A stretch of DNA of 64,000 nt from Macrostomum hystrix (taxonomy: Eukaryota > Animalia > Platyhelminthes): contig CATNEN010000002.1 in the NCBI GenBank assembly GCA_950097015.1, positions 4,402,001 through 4,466,000 on the forward strand, written 5' to 3'. The notes beneath the pieces were generated by a model, which saw only the letters and a list, made by a program, of their open reading frames with translations, was not told the origin of the DNA and made no database searches. How positions within the stretch are numbered: the stretch's first letter is position 1; every line of letters starts with the position of its first letter. The translations under genes were made by a program, and so were the position numbers. Positions 35,613 through 48,731 of the stretch are shown here, piece by piece.

Positions 35613-38600
35613 ATGTACTCGCCCTACCTGCAGTTCCCGAGCGTCTGCGAGGTTCAGTACGATGCCGACGAGTACAGAGTGCCCTACCGGCTGCCGTCAT
35701 CCTCCGGCCAGTCGGCGCAGCGGTCCAAGACCAGCGTAGCCGACGGTGGCGGACTTCGCTGGCTTCCGAGAATCTCGCGAAGCGGCAGGCTGTCTGTTCA
35801 ACTTGTCGACGACGGCTACGGCGAAGGCTACGGCTTTGGCTACAACTATGGCTACGGGGATGCGAATAGGATGGCTAAATCAATGCCATTGTTTGGCGAT
35901 ACGGCTGAGGCTAGCGGCTACGGTTACGGCTACGGCTACGGTGAGGGCTACAGCTACGCCGACGACGAAAGCGACGATCAAGAGGCTGGCAGCGAGGCTC
36001 GACGGTTGCGTCGGTTGAGGCGCGATGAGCATGACGACCGCCAGGAGCCTGGCAGGCAGACCAGGATTCAGTTCAATGTGAGTGCGCGGCTTAAAATATC
36101 AAGGAGTTCAAAATGATGAACTCACGAATATTATTTCCAGTGAAATACATCTGAACATACTTGCGTCTTTAGCTGACCGAGCAGCAGCAGCAGCAGCATC
36201 AGCAGCGGAAAAGGCAGTCGCTTCTACTTGGCGATCGAAAATCCGCATCGCAGTTGACTTATCAGTCCTTTTACACTGGCGGCGCTGGGGCCTCATCAGC
36301 CACGGGCGGTCGGAGATCCTTTAACGATACGCTTGGACTTGATTCGGGCCTGGGAAGCGAGGAGATGGCGCCACCGCTCGAATGGATCGATGATCTCAGG
36401 AGGTGGATAGAGGTGAGGGACGGAGACGTTGCTGAGGATGCCTCCAAAGACCCCGGGGGACAACACCATGGCAGCCTGGGGTGAACGTCGCCATGAATGT
36501 CTGGGATGGACATCGCGAAGGATGTCTTTGTGGAAGTCGCGATGGATGCCTTGGGTGGACGTCGCGATGTATGTCTGGGTGAAAGTCGCGATGGATGCCT
36601 GGGTGGACGCCACCGTGAATATATGGGTGGGCGATGGGATGGATGCCCGGGTGGACGTCGCGATGGATATCTGGGTGAACGTCGCGATGGATGCCTGGGT
36701 GGACGCCACCGTGGATATATGGGTGGACGTTGCAATGGATATCTGGGTGAACGTCGCGATGGATGCCTGGGTGGACGTCGTCGCAATGGACGTCCGTGTT
36801 TAAATTAGTACCGACTTTTTCTAGATCTCTTTGAAGGAAAGCCAGAGTCCGGGAGGAAGATACTGCGTTGCGATGCAATAGGAGCATTGCGATGTTCCTA
36901 ATATATAGTCTAACTACCCATCTTTCAGTAGTAATTGGAGACGTAATAAGAGAGTTAGTAGCCAGTCTAATTTCAAGCTAGGGCACGTAGAACGCAATGA
37001 TTTAGTTGAGTTTCTTTGCGGGTTAAGCGGCTCATTTGCCAACCCCAATGGATAAGCTGCAAAGAGAATGAATTTAAAGCTCTTATTAATCTGGATAGCG
37101 TGTCTAAACACTTTCACAAAATACAACTTTCTCGCTGATCAAGCCATGCTACTTTGCTAGAATTTAAGTTCACCAGAGGGCCCAATAGAAGAGCAAAGGT
37201 TTGCAGAACGTTAGAATTTCAAATCAAATATTTATAGTTAAGTTTTGGTCTGGCTCAAATTTCTCTCCTTATTGTTTGAGTTTCTGGGAATGCAGACGTA
37301 CTTTAATTGGGCCTGAAATGTTATATATATTGAAAAGCTTTGATGAATATGGGATTAAATATTCCTGGTAGTCATGGCAGAGCAAACGCATAGCGACAAA
37401 TACCTGCTCAGTTTCCTGTGTGTCTGCCGACCGGAGGCTGTGGCTGCGCTGGCCGCAGCTCCAGGTCTTGATGGCCACTTCGTCTGCGGGCCGTGTTGCC
37501 GCCTGTTGTACAAATGCCGCAGCTTTGATCTATCCGACAGGCTGTTTGCCAGGGCAAGTGTTAAACTGGATTTTTTAATTGGTTCATCGGTCTAATGAAG
37601 GTTGCTATTGACATTCGTAATTTAAGAGTCTTAGGGTTTGGGTATTTCTGTCAAATTTTGCTGAAAAATCGTGAACATCGTGTTAATAAACTGCAGGTCC
37701 GGGAGGACACCTCCTACCTGTCGTTCGTAAGTCGAGCTCAACTTGGCGCCAATCCGAAGAGTCGACTTGACGGCGAAATCGATGACGCTGATTTGGGTCA
37801 CGGCCATCGGGGACAGCATGGTGACGAACTGTGCGATCGATTTTTGCATCATTTCAACCTGGCTCAGGAGCGTAAGGATGACCTGGTGAGGCCTTTATAC
37901 ATATACTTCATTTCTACCCGTGCTCGCCACTCTAGCGCTTAGCAGTAGAAAGTCCATACGGGGTTTTCAAATACAATTATTTATCTGTATCTCCTAAAAT
38001 ATTCAGCCAATTGCCTAATAATCAAATTCTTACACTCTAACAGATAAAAGACTTCCAGAATCACAAAACATCGGCATCGTCGATTTTCAACAATTCTTGC
38101 TGGGGTGTCGCGTGAAAAAAAACCACCGAAATTGGAATAATTTTGCGCTAAAAAATCTTAATTCTTGATTACATTTTACATTTTTACTGGTATAGATACG
38201 CCGTAGTGGCTTTATTAAAGAGCAATGTTAGCCGTCCATGTCACCTGGGTTTTCGACGAGAATCGCTGAATATCTCGACGGGTGGAAAAGTTTGATCCAT
38301 AATGGTGGACTTCCAGGAAAGTCGGTCATTCGGTTTGGGAGCTTTCGTGAAGTAGGCAGTGTCTTTCCTGGTCTTTCCCCAGCGGAAAATTGCTGTGGTT
38401 TGCTCTGGGCTCGCAGCACCTAAGGTGTCGCAGGTTCCTGCGGCACCACGGCCTGCTGGTGGACATGCCAAACCGCCGGCTGCTCGACACTAGCTCGCTG
38501 TCCAGCGCCCACCTGCTGCTCGGGTCCGGACCGGTCCCGCAGCTCGCCGCCGCAGTCGCTGGGGACCCGTACAGCCAGCTGCTCGCGGAGTTCCCGACGC

Positions 38601-41600
38601 TGACAGAGCCGAGGTTCCAGAAAGCCCGGCCGCTCCACGGGGTCAAACACCATATTCCTACGACGGGCCCCCCGTCCACGCCCGGGCGCGCCGCCTGCCG
38701 CCTGACAAGCTGGCGGTGGCCAAGGAGGAATTCTGCAACCTAGAGCAGCTTGGCATCATGCGGCGGTCTTGCAGCCCCTGGTCTTCGCCGCTGCACATGG
38801 TGCCAAAATCCTCCGGTGGTTGGCGGCCCTGCGGCGACTTCCGGCGCCTCAACGACGCCACGGTGCCCGACCGCTACCCGGTGCCGCACATCCAGGACTT
38901 TTCTGCGCAGTTGTCCGGGTGAAAATTTTTCTCCAAGATCGACCTGGTGCGGGGCTACCACCAGATTCCGGTTGCCGAGGCCGACATCGCCAAGACGGCC
39001 GTTATCACGCCATTCGGCTTGTTTGAGTTCCTCCGGATGCCATTCGGACTCAAAAACGCCGCCCAGGCCTTCCAACGGCTGATTGACACGGTCTACAAGG
39101 GCCTGGACTGTGTGTTCGCCTATATTGACGATTTCCTAGTGGCGAGCAGCGGCCCTCAGCAGCATCTGGAGCACCTGCGCACGCTGTTCCTGCGCCTGGC
39201 AGACAACGGCCTCCTCGTCAATCCAGCCAAGTGCCAGTTTGGCCGCAGCGAAATCGACTTTCTGGGCCACCGCATCAACAGCCGGGGCGCCGTGCCGCTA
39301 CCAGACAAAGTCGAAGCCATCGCCCGATTCCCACCGCCCGCGACCGTCAAGGGCCTGCAAGAGTCGCCGGCATGGTAAACTTCTATCACAGGTTCGTGCC
39401 GCGAGCCGCCCAGCTGCTGCGCCCCATCTACGGTGTCCTGGCCAGCAAGGACAAGACCGTTCGGTGGACACCGGAGCTGACGGACGCCTTCAACAGCACG
39501 AAGCAAGCCCTGGTTGACGCTACCATGCTTGCGCACGTGGAGCCCGACGCCCCAACGGCGCTGACGGTCGACGCCTCGGACACCGCCGTCAGGGCGGTCC
39601 AGGAGCAGCGTGCCGGCGAGGCCTGGCGGCCACTAGCTTTCTTCAGCCGCCAACTGCGACCTGCTGAACAAAAGTACAGCGCCTTCGACCATGAGTTATT
39701 CGCTCTCTATCTGGCCACGCGGCATTTCCGCTACTTTTTGGAAGGCCGCATCTTCACCGCTTACACCGACCACAAACCCCTGGTCGCCGCCATGGCCAAG
39801 TTGTCGGACCCTGGTCAGCGCGCCAGCAGCGGCACCTCGCATACGTGTCGGAGTTCACCACCGACATCTGGCACGTGGCGGGCAAGGACAATCCGGTTGC
39901 CGATGCCCTGTCCCGCTGCACCATCGCCGCCGTGCAGCCGCTGCTTTCGGAATCGACTACGCGGCCCTGGCACGCGCACAAAGGGCAGACGATCTTACGC
40001 TCGCCGGCACCGTCCTGCGGCTCGAGCGCGTGGCATTGCGTCCGGGCCTGGAGGTCATCTGCGACATCGGGACCGGCCGCCCGCGCCCGTTGGTGCCCGC
40101 CGACTTCCGCCGCGCCGTTTTCGACGCCGTCCACAGCCTGGCGCACCCGTCCGTACGCAGTACGCGGTGCCTAGTGTCCGAGAAGTTCGTGTGGCCGGGC
40201 ATCAACAGGGACGTCGGCCAATGGGCTCGCAGCTGCATCGCCTGCCAGACGGCCAAAGTGCAGACCAAAAACTATTGTGTTGCGTTTTTGCTTTTTAACC
40301 CAGATTCTTCCTTCATCTTGAATTTGGAAAAAAACCTAGTTTCGAACCATAAGCGAGCCAACAATAAAGCAATAAATTTCTGTTTCTCTCTAGGCTGCAG
40401 CCAGAAGATCGCAGAAGCGTCGTCAGCGACCAAGAAAGCCGGCGGAGGAGGACGCCGGCGCCAAACCCTCTCGCGGCAAGCTGTGGAAGGAACCACCTCC
40501 GCCACCTCCCAGACCAAAGCCGAAACCAAAGCGTGCGTTATTTTTGTTTTTCCGTCCTAAGCTCGTGTAGAAATAGGCAATGGGAAATGAGTATTTCATG
40601 ACAAAAGAATTGTCCGAAAACACGCAATTGAAACAAACTAGTTTTGTGCTACCTGACTCACGGACTCACGACTTGAAGGTTTGGGGTTCGATTCCTGAGT
40701 CCACAGGAACCAATTGTATCTTTTAGCAAGACACTTGCTTCAGTTCACTCAGCTGTGGGTACCAGCATTAGCTGGGGTAATTGAGGGTGTGCGTGGCGTC
40801 CCCCAGTCCATGGACTGAACAGCCGTATGCAGCTTTCAGATGCGCCACTCAATGCTTTGCTGTCAGCTGTACCAGCGTCGCCAAGCAAAGAATACAGATC
40901 TTGAAGAAAGATCCGTAATGATTGCAGCGGAAAGACAAAATAATATTTAGTAAAAATGACAGAATAGAACCTTAAAATTAAAGAGGCACATCAAAGCTCA
41001 ATCCTCAGTATTTATAGTCTACTTGTCAACTTGCAGGGTACGTGGCTCTGCCCCCGCCACCGCCACCTCCTCCGCCAAAGCGCCGCGACAGTCCAGAGGT
41101 GCCGCCCAGGGAACCGAAGACAGCTGTAGAAGTTCTACCGCCGCCACCGCCGCCACCCCCTCCGCCGCCGCCACCTCGCGAGCCAACACCACCGCCTCCG
41201 CCACCACCGCCGCCGCCACCTCGCGAGCCGACGCCACCACCTCCGTCACCACCAAAGTCGCCGACACCGGAGCTATCAACTGCTGAGTCAGGCAAGTCCA
41301 ATACGAGTTTAAAGTATAAATCTTATCTTTAAGACTCGCTAAAATAAGTATACTAGCGGTGTTAGTAAGACTTAAAAATATTCTTTAACAAAACCGTCAA
41401 CAGAGCCAGAGGAGTCGTCATATTCAAGCAGTGAACACGATGTCACGACGGAAGCCGATACTGAGACTGCCACCGGGACTGCCAAGTCGACCACCGAGGT
41501 AGAAAGTGAAGGTAAGTACGAGTAGATAGGTTCTTGATGTCTGATTCCCACAATACTAATACGCCGCGATTTTTTCTTCAATTCAAGCAAGAATTCACTT

Positions 41601-44600
41601 CAAGCAGTTAATTTTTTCATCGATTGAAAACGTAAGCAAAATTTCACTATAAAATTTTTTTTCAGAGGCTGAAAGCGAAGCAGAAAGCCACTGTATGAGG
41701 CCTTTATATGATACTTCCATTTGCCAATATTATCATATTTTTAACGACCATCCAACAAGTTTCAACAGTCTCACAACAGCCATTTGCAAGCGAAAACATT
41801 CAAGTGCTCTAATCAACTATATAAATTGGTGCCGGGGTCGCATAGACAGCGTTTATTTTAAAAAAGGTTTCGATTTGTTAGAATAATCTCAACCGTGTCG
41901 CGAAGCCATGATTATCCGTATAGCGCGCTTCTGAGAAGTTTTAATCCAAACTTTTTTATGTAAAATACTTTTTTTCCTTCTCGTAGTTAAGAGTCTTCAA
42001 GAGACTGCTCAGTCTGCAATGGCAGAAGCAGTGGGAGCAGATGCAGAATTAGGTGTGCCAACACCAGTGTGCCAGTGCTGCGATTGTAAAAACTGCAGCG
42101 CACCGACTGCTGCCACCAGTGCAGCCGGTGACGATGCACGGAAGCTGCCACTGAAACCAATGCACTCGGTGCCCCTACTGAACCAACCGAATGTTAATCC
42201 CAATCTAGGTAAAAGATTCCTTTTCCTTCATAGAGTGTGTATTTCACCTGTGTGCATCGTACCAAATATTTCTTGTCGTTTATTTATGTCGCTAAGTTCA
42301 AGGTTGCCTCAACGTTTTGAACTACTGTTTCCACCACAGTCATTTCCTCATGTCAAAACAGTGGAACTTATATTCTCGTACTCCGCTGTCACAGCCACAT
42401 CAGCGAGTCCACAGTCGCTGCCATCAGACCACACTGAGCCATCCACCGAGCAGCCGGCGACGATGAAAACGTCTGACATTCGGTCGACAAGCTCGTCTGC
42501 AACCGCCTCGTCGACTGGAAGTTCCAGCCGTGTGGAGTCGCCAGTTGCACCATTGGGCACAATAGTTCTTCCACCAATAGGTGTTATAAAATTGGCAACA
42601 AACTTTTATTAGAAACCTGATCCAGCATTTTGTACTATAAAAAAAATTCTATTATAGTACGCTTCGCACATTATCTTGCATTTATCTAGAATTGCGTCGC
42701 ATACATTTTCTATAACAATAATGACGTATCACAATGCTAGAACCGATGTCACACGGCATTTACCCACAGGGTGGATGATTTGTTCAATTATTAGTCATTG
42801 CAACAAACCGAGTATTTTCTGCTACACACTTGCATACCTGATTATTTATATTATTTATACTAGCTTTTTTGTACTATTTGTAAAAAAGCAGCTGCAAAAA
42901 CAGCAGTGCTCCACTACTCACATGCAACTAACTCGCATTTTACTGAAAAAGCTCAATAAAACTAGCTCACATTATATCAGTCGTTTATCCTTATTTCAGC
43001 GAGTTACCACATCAAGAGTGAGACTGAGACCGTCTACTCAGACCAGTCGATTGAGGGTAAGATTTGATACACTCCATCGATTGTCACATTGTGAAATTAG
43101 TATAAATCCAGCACTTAAGAAAGTAATCGAAACACTTTTGTTATGAATATTTCAGCTCCAGTCAAGCCACCATCGCCGACTCCAATCGTTGCTCCGCCTC
43201 CGAAGGTAAAAAAATTGCTTAACTGCGTTTTAAAGTGAATTGTTGTTATTTATCTTTATAACAAAACAGCGAGCGAATGTACTACTTTGTCGTCAGATAA
43301 GAAATAATATAAACTATTTAGGCAAATGCTTACCAAAAGTATTTAAAGACATTGAACATCTCATATCCACCACAATTCATGCTGAAATAATTTTTCACAA
43401 ATTTTGTCAGGTTTCAAAAGATTCTTTTGGTATTTCAGGATTTGAAGTACCAGTTTTTACATTCCTAAGAGCTCACGAAATCGAAATAAAAACCTGTGCA
43501 ACTGCTCAGCTAGCGTTGACAAGGTGTACTGCCACAATGCCTAATCTCATTGGGATATATTCTTTAGACTTTGCTTTACTTAAAGTTGTAGCAGTTGCTA
43601 TAACTCTTCGTGTGTTTGAATCAGCGCGAAGGCGGAGCAGGAACAGAGAGGGAGCGTGGTGGCAAGCGGAAGTTACTGTCCACGGGTGACCAATTTTCAC
43701 ACAACAAAGACCACAGTACCTACGCTGCAGTGGCCATTCGATAGACTATAGAGGCTGCTCAGCAAAATTCGTAAAACACACTCTTTGCAGGTGCTTCGTC
43801 AAATCCAAAAGAAGGTGAAAATTGCTCCGAAGAAGATGGTAGTCCAGTACACCGAGAAGAAAGTCGACGTCGCCTCCGCTCGCGAAGAGAACGTCGGCGA
43901 AGATTCCGACCACGAGCACGACGAAAGTGGCTCGTCGAAGGTCAGCTTCCTCACGGCATCGACGCCGCCGCTGCCCCCGGTGCCTGAGCCCGAGCCTCAC
44001 CAGCATCCCTCTCCTGTGAAGCCTGAGTCCGATGTACCCCTGCGACCGCGGATTCCGCGCGAGATGTATAAACGCTGGGGAGCGAAACGCGTGACTCACG
44101 ACCGAGAACTCGAGGCTGAGCGGGCGCGCCTAGCTGAGCTGCGCAAACAGAAGGCCGAGGAGATCTCAAGCAGGCTCAAAAAGATTATCCCCACTTCCAC
44201 AATGATTGGCGATGGCCCAGTGTACGAGGAGTGTAAGTCGTGTTTATAAAGCTGTGGCGTCTACCGTGAACAAATGAGGTTTCACCAGGTTCATATAAAA
44301 TATTTACCTACTACTTTCAGATGGATGGCTTGCAAAGTTCTGCATTCTCAACAGGAGTAATGTTCAAATGTTTATGGGCACATTTCAAGCGGTAAGAAAT
44401 TTTCTCTGCCCCTACCTCAACTCTGATTGGTCCGTTGAATGCCCCAGCTTATCTCGCGTAGTAGTTTTCCTTGTACGAAATTTTATTATCTTTCCAACCC
44501 AGGTTGACATCGATGAGCGCGGATTCCTTCATCCGGACGAGGTGCTGCTGGCCCTGAAGGCGGTCAATAGTCAGCTGACTGAGGCCGAGGAGCTGTACAT

Positions 44601-45729
44601 ATTTCGCGTGCTGGAGATGTGCGGCTACAGACTAAAGGCTGGCGCAGATTGCAAACTCTTTTGCGTTATCGCCGCCTTGTCACACAGAATTACATCGCTA
44701 GAGTGAGTTCTGCTCGAAGCTTTAGTGAATAGCCACACTAAAGCACTAGTTTTTCTTTGATGCAATGTATATTAACCGGACAGGGGGGTCGGTGGCAGAG
44801 CGGTTATCGCGTTTGCCTCTCGCACCACGGTCCTTAAGTTCGATTCCACGGCGAGGCCACATTTATTTGGGGCGCAGCCGCGGAGAGAGGGCTTGGGGGC
44901 TTGTCGTGCAATTTACGCCCTTGGCACGACTTTGAGAGCCAACCACCAAGGCACAGTGAAAGTGTACACTGCCTGACAATGAGAATGTCAGGGCAGATGT
45001 ACACACCTTTGTGAGTGTGTGTCTTGGTACATTATCTGAGTGCGTGTGTGCTCAGGAGTCAGCGAAATGGGCACAACTGTCACCTCGCTGGCTGCTGGTA
45101 TAGTGTCCTAGTGTCCCAAGGGTATACAGAGCATCAGACACAAAGTCTTAACTTGCATACCCTAACCATAAAACTAACACTAACATAGCAGCGTCTAAGT
45201 GTTATAAAAAATTTATGTGTTCCAACATAATGGACTGAATATTATTATGGCACGCGGCAATGTCATTTTAAGTTTATTATTTTTATGTTGTTTCGTGTGC
45301 GTCAAAGAGCGAAATACTATTTTACATTAATTCCTTGCAGCACCTGGATGAGAAACGCAATCAACGAGATCAGCTACAAAATCCTTGATATGAAACTCTT
45401 CCTTTGCAAGGTAAATACGATAAAAAACCCTTGTTTTTATGCATAAAAATTGCTTTTTGTCTACTAGTAGTATTTGCATCGCGAATTTTACTCTCCAGTC
45501 ACTGTGGGAGAGCTGCGTGCCAGATGGGCTCAAGACCATGAACATCGACCAGTTGGCCCTCGAGCTGCTGGCTGGTGGCGTTGCTGACAAGCACATCGAG
45601 GAGGTCCGCATGCGACTTGGGCCAACAAGAGAGTTTGACCTGCTGGACTTTCTCACCTACATTCCGCTGTTCATCCTGCTGCACACTGCCATAATTGACA
45701 ACCCGCTGTCCACTGCGCGGGACCTGTGA
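35613..45729 (+). CDS. 17-exon gene: uncharacterised protein with Gly/Tyr-rich N-terminus, Pro- and Ser/Thr-rich middle, C-terminal EF-hand-like domain
   Basis: Phase-consistent exons: 35613-36077, 36173-36402, 37412-37553 (splice sites less sure), 37697-37885, 40394-40532, 41037-41291, 41404-41511, 41666-41692, 41987-42208, 42395-42580, 43000-43056, 43156-43205, 43791-44232, 44321-44391, 44503-44702, 45341-45410, 45499-45729. The C-terminal region has an EF-loop-like [12 protein letters not shown] and ends [22 protein letters not shown]. Confidence 0.82.
36480..36800. repeat. About 24-bp GC-rich minisatellite (GATGGATGCCTGGGTGGACGTCGC variants) in intron 2
   Basis: Recurrent GGATGCCTGGGTGGACG units; the overlapping ORFs are artefacts. 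Confidence 0.85.
38420..40265 (+). mobile_element. Degenerate Ty3/Gypsy pol fragment (RT, RNase H, integrase zinc finger), no LTRs
   Basis: [76 protein letters not shown]...CIACQ. Interrupted by frameshifts and a TGA near 38920; lies in intron 4 of the host gene. Confidence 0.93.
40663..40855 (+). mobile_element. CORE-SINE family B copy (truncated)
   Basis: B box GTTCGATTCC, CORE segment with deletions, GGACTGAACAGC 3' block. Confidence 0.85.
44783..45110 (+). mobile_element. tRNA-derived SINE family A copy
   Basis: GTGGCAGAGCGG A box, GTTCGATTCC B box and shared body; lies in intron 15. Confidence 0.88.
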
Positions 45730-46446
45730 CAACCTTTTTGAGGCCGCTTAAGCAAAGTAAATTGCAGTAAATTATAATTTAATTCTAACATTTTATATAC
45801 CTACTCTGTACTATTATCTACGGAGATCAATATACCTTTTTATGTGATATTACGCGTACATGCATGTGATGATCGCAATTAACATTATCAAACATTAAAT
45901 ACTAAAAGAAAATGGGATAAAAACCTCATAATATTTAAAATTAGTGCTTTCCATTTGAGTAAAGAAATGTAGTCAATGCAAGGTAAAATTACCTATCGCA
46001 ACTATGCCTTTTATCTACTTAAAGTAGTTTAACTTCGGAATGGATATTTCTTTAAATTGAATTTGCAAGCTACGTCGGTAAAGCTGTGCTCTGAATTTCT
46101 GGAATATTACCCAATCTCTCAGCGCCTCTCGGGTTACGCAAATCGCAAGCAAGAAAAAATTATCAAAGCAGGAAAAAAGGATACAGAAACCTATTCATGG
46201 CAAGGAAATTAGGCACAGATTTGAAGCGAATGGCATTGCTGTTGGCATCGAAACAGAGAATCTCATTTCCACATCTGCAGACGGCTGATCCAGACCTCCA
46301 TTAAACATTAGATGTGACTTCCGTCTGCTGCAATGTCCTTATTTTACCTTAGCAACTTATTGCACTCGTATTTACCGGTTAAATTAATGAAAGAATTACA
46401 CAATTAAAGTACGAGCGTACTGCATGATTAAGATTATTTGACTAAA

Positions 46447-46882
46447 ATTGTGTCACTCTGAAATTGCGTCACTCTGAGATTGTGTCACTCTGAGATTGTG
46501 TCACTCTGAGATTGTGTCACTCTGAGATTGAGTCACTCTGAGATTGTGTCACTCTGAGATTGTGTCACTCTGAGATTGAGTCACTCTGAGATTGTGTCAC
46601 TCTGAGATTGTGTCACTCTGAGATTGTGTCACTCTGAGATTGAGTCACTCTGAGATTGTGTCACTCTGAGATTGTGTCACTCTGAGATTGTGTCACTCTG
46701 AGATTGTGTCACTCTGAGATTGTGTCACTCTGAGATTGAGTCACTCTGAGATTGTGTCACTCTGAGATTGTGTCACTCTGAGATTGTGTCACTCTGAGAT
46801 TGAGTCACTCTGAGATTGTGTCACTCTAAGATTGTGTCACTCTGAGATTGAGTCACTCTGAGATTGTGTCACTCTGAGATCT
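46447..46882 (+). repeat. 16-bp tandem array (TTGTGTCACTCTGAGA), left arm of an inverted pair
   Basis: About 27 monomers, ending at CTGAGATCT. Confidence 0.96.
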
Positions 46883-47689
46883 AAAGAGATTTTCGGGTTT
46901 CAAAAGTTTCTCTGTTTTTTTAAAATACTTTTTTTGTAAGTCAGACAACTAGAGCGACGATAAGACTGCACCTATAGTTCGCACCGCCTCGTGCAATTTA
47001 CGGGTCTTTCAATTCGAAACGCTGGGCCTTCAGCTTGTCGTGACGCCAGACTAAAATAAATAGAATTCTCGGCTTTGAATGACAGCCTGCTGAATCTCAT
47101 CAGCAGCACCCGGCCTTGGCTTATTTAGAAGTTGATTCTCAATTGAGAATATCTCAAACACCGCTTTCTCCCGTGCAGCTTAGAAGGACACGCAAACAGC
47201 CCCCAACTCCGTGTCCAACCACGATGCGACTCTGTTAAAGCGGTTTTTAAAAAAAATGGTCTCTCTTTTTAAAATTCCAGCCAGGTTACTCGTCCTCGTC
47301 AGTCGAACCGGCCCAAATATTATCCTTGCATAAAGTTTTTTAAAAAGCTCATTGTGGAATATAATGGCTTCGTAATTGAGTGGAGTATTATTAAGTTGAG
47401 AGTCTGAAGTTACTACGTGTGTTCTACCAGTTGCAAGAGGTCTCATTCAGACTACTCACGATTCCACAGCAGCCTCGCGAGAGCTGACGGCTGCCTCGAT
47501 AAGCTTTTACCCTGCAGCTGACTCTGTTAAATTCTCGCCTCAACAAAAGTACATTGTGAGAGCCACGCTTTTCAACTGCGAGTTTGTGAGCTCGTCATTG
47601 GCCAGAGAAACGCTGAGAAGGCTGAGTCTGCTAATGCCTGCAAGTTCTGACAGTTTGCTTCCGACCCAACTCATGAATTTGATGTTAGG

Positions 47690-48262
47690 GAGGGAGAGAC
47701 TGCGAGGGAGGGAGAGACTGCGAGGTAGGGAGAGATTGCGAAGGAGGGAGAGACTGCGAGGGAGGGAGAGATTGCGATGAAGGGAGAGACTGTGATGGAG
47801 AGAGACTGCGAGGGAGAGAGACTGTGATGGAGGGAGAGCCTGCGAGGGAGGGAGAGACTGCGAGGGAGGGAGAGACTGCGAGGTAGGGAGAGATTGCGAT
47901 GGAGGGAGAGCCTGCGAGGGAGGGAGAGACTGTGATGGAGGGAGAGACTGCGAGGGAGAGAGACTGTGATGGAGGGAGAGCCTGCGAGGGAGGGAGAGAC
48001 TGCGAGGGAGGGAGAGACTGTGATGGAGGGAGAGACTGCGAGGGAGAGAGACTGTGATGGAGGGAGAGCCTGCGAGGGAGAGAGACTGCGATGGAGAGAG
48101 ACTGCGATGGAGGGAGACTGTGATGGAGAGAGACTGTGATGGAGGGAGAGCCTGCGAGGGAGGGAGAGACTGCGAGGGAGGGAGAGACTGCGAGAGAGGG
48201 AGAGACTGCAAGGGAGGGAGAGACTGCGAGGGAGGGAGAGACTGCGTGGGAGGGAGAAAAAG
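47690..48262. repeat. 18-bp purine-rich minisatellite (GAGGGAGGGAGAGACTGC variants)
   Basis: Directly visible; the overlapping ORFs are artefacts. Confidence 0.93.
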
Positions 48263-48339
48263 ACCACAGGGAGAGAGAATATAAGTGCAATCTGTCCATT
48301 TCGAGAAGCATTTCAACACATTTTTGTGGTTTCTTGCAG

Positions 48340-48626
48340 CACTTCGCATTCAATTCAACCGTCTGTCTGAAAAACTCGTGGCAGAATTTTCGGCTCTCAG
48401 GCGAGGCGGTGTTACTGGGGCCAAGATCTGGCTGCCTGATTCTTGGCAGGAATTCAGTGAAGCTCTTCGTGAAGCTTGTCGGGTGGAGCTTGTTTCCCCT
48501 GAGTGGCTGCTACAATCGAATCGACGTCTGCACTTCTCAGACCTCGCCGCGTTGATGCGGAATTTCTTCCCAAACAGCCCGGCGGCCCCGGGCGCGAGCT
48601 CTCCCACAGAGATCAGTTTTCTCTGA
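48340..48626 (+). CDS. Candidate terminal exon of an unidentified gene
   Basis: Strong acceptor TTTTGTGGTTTCTTGCAG and non-repetitive frame LRIQFNRLSEKLVAEF...CRVELVSPEWLLQS...EISFL*. Upstream exons could not be assigned. Confidence 0.35.
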
Positions 48627-48731
48627 CATCCTCATTTTTGGCGCGTTGATTTTTCTATAATGGACGGGAAATTGAGCTGCATATTTGAAATACTCACCTC
48701 TAGCTGCTCTGCGCCATTCCGGAACGGAATG

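Noticed and set aside
47540-48353. SQSLPP / SLSLPR repeat ORFs
   Set aside because: Translations of the 18-bp purine minisatellite.
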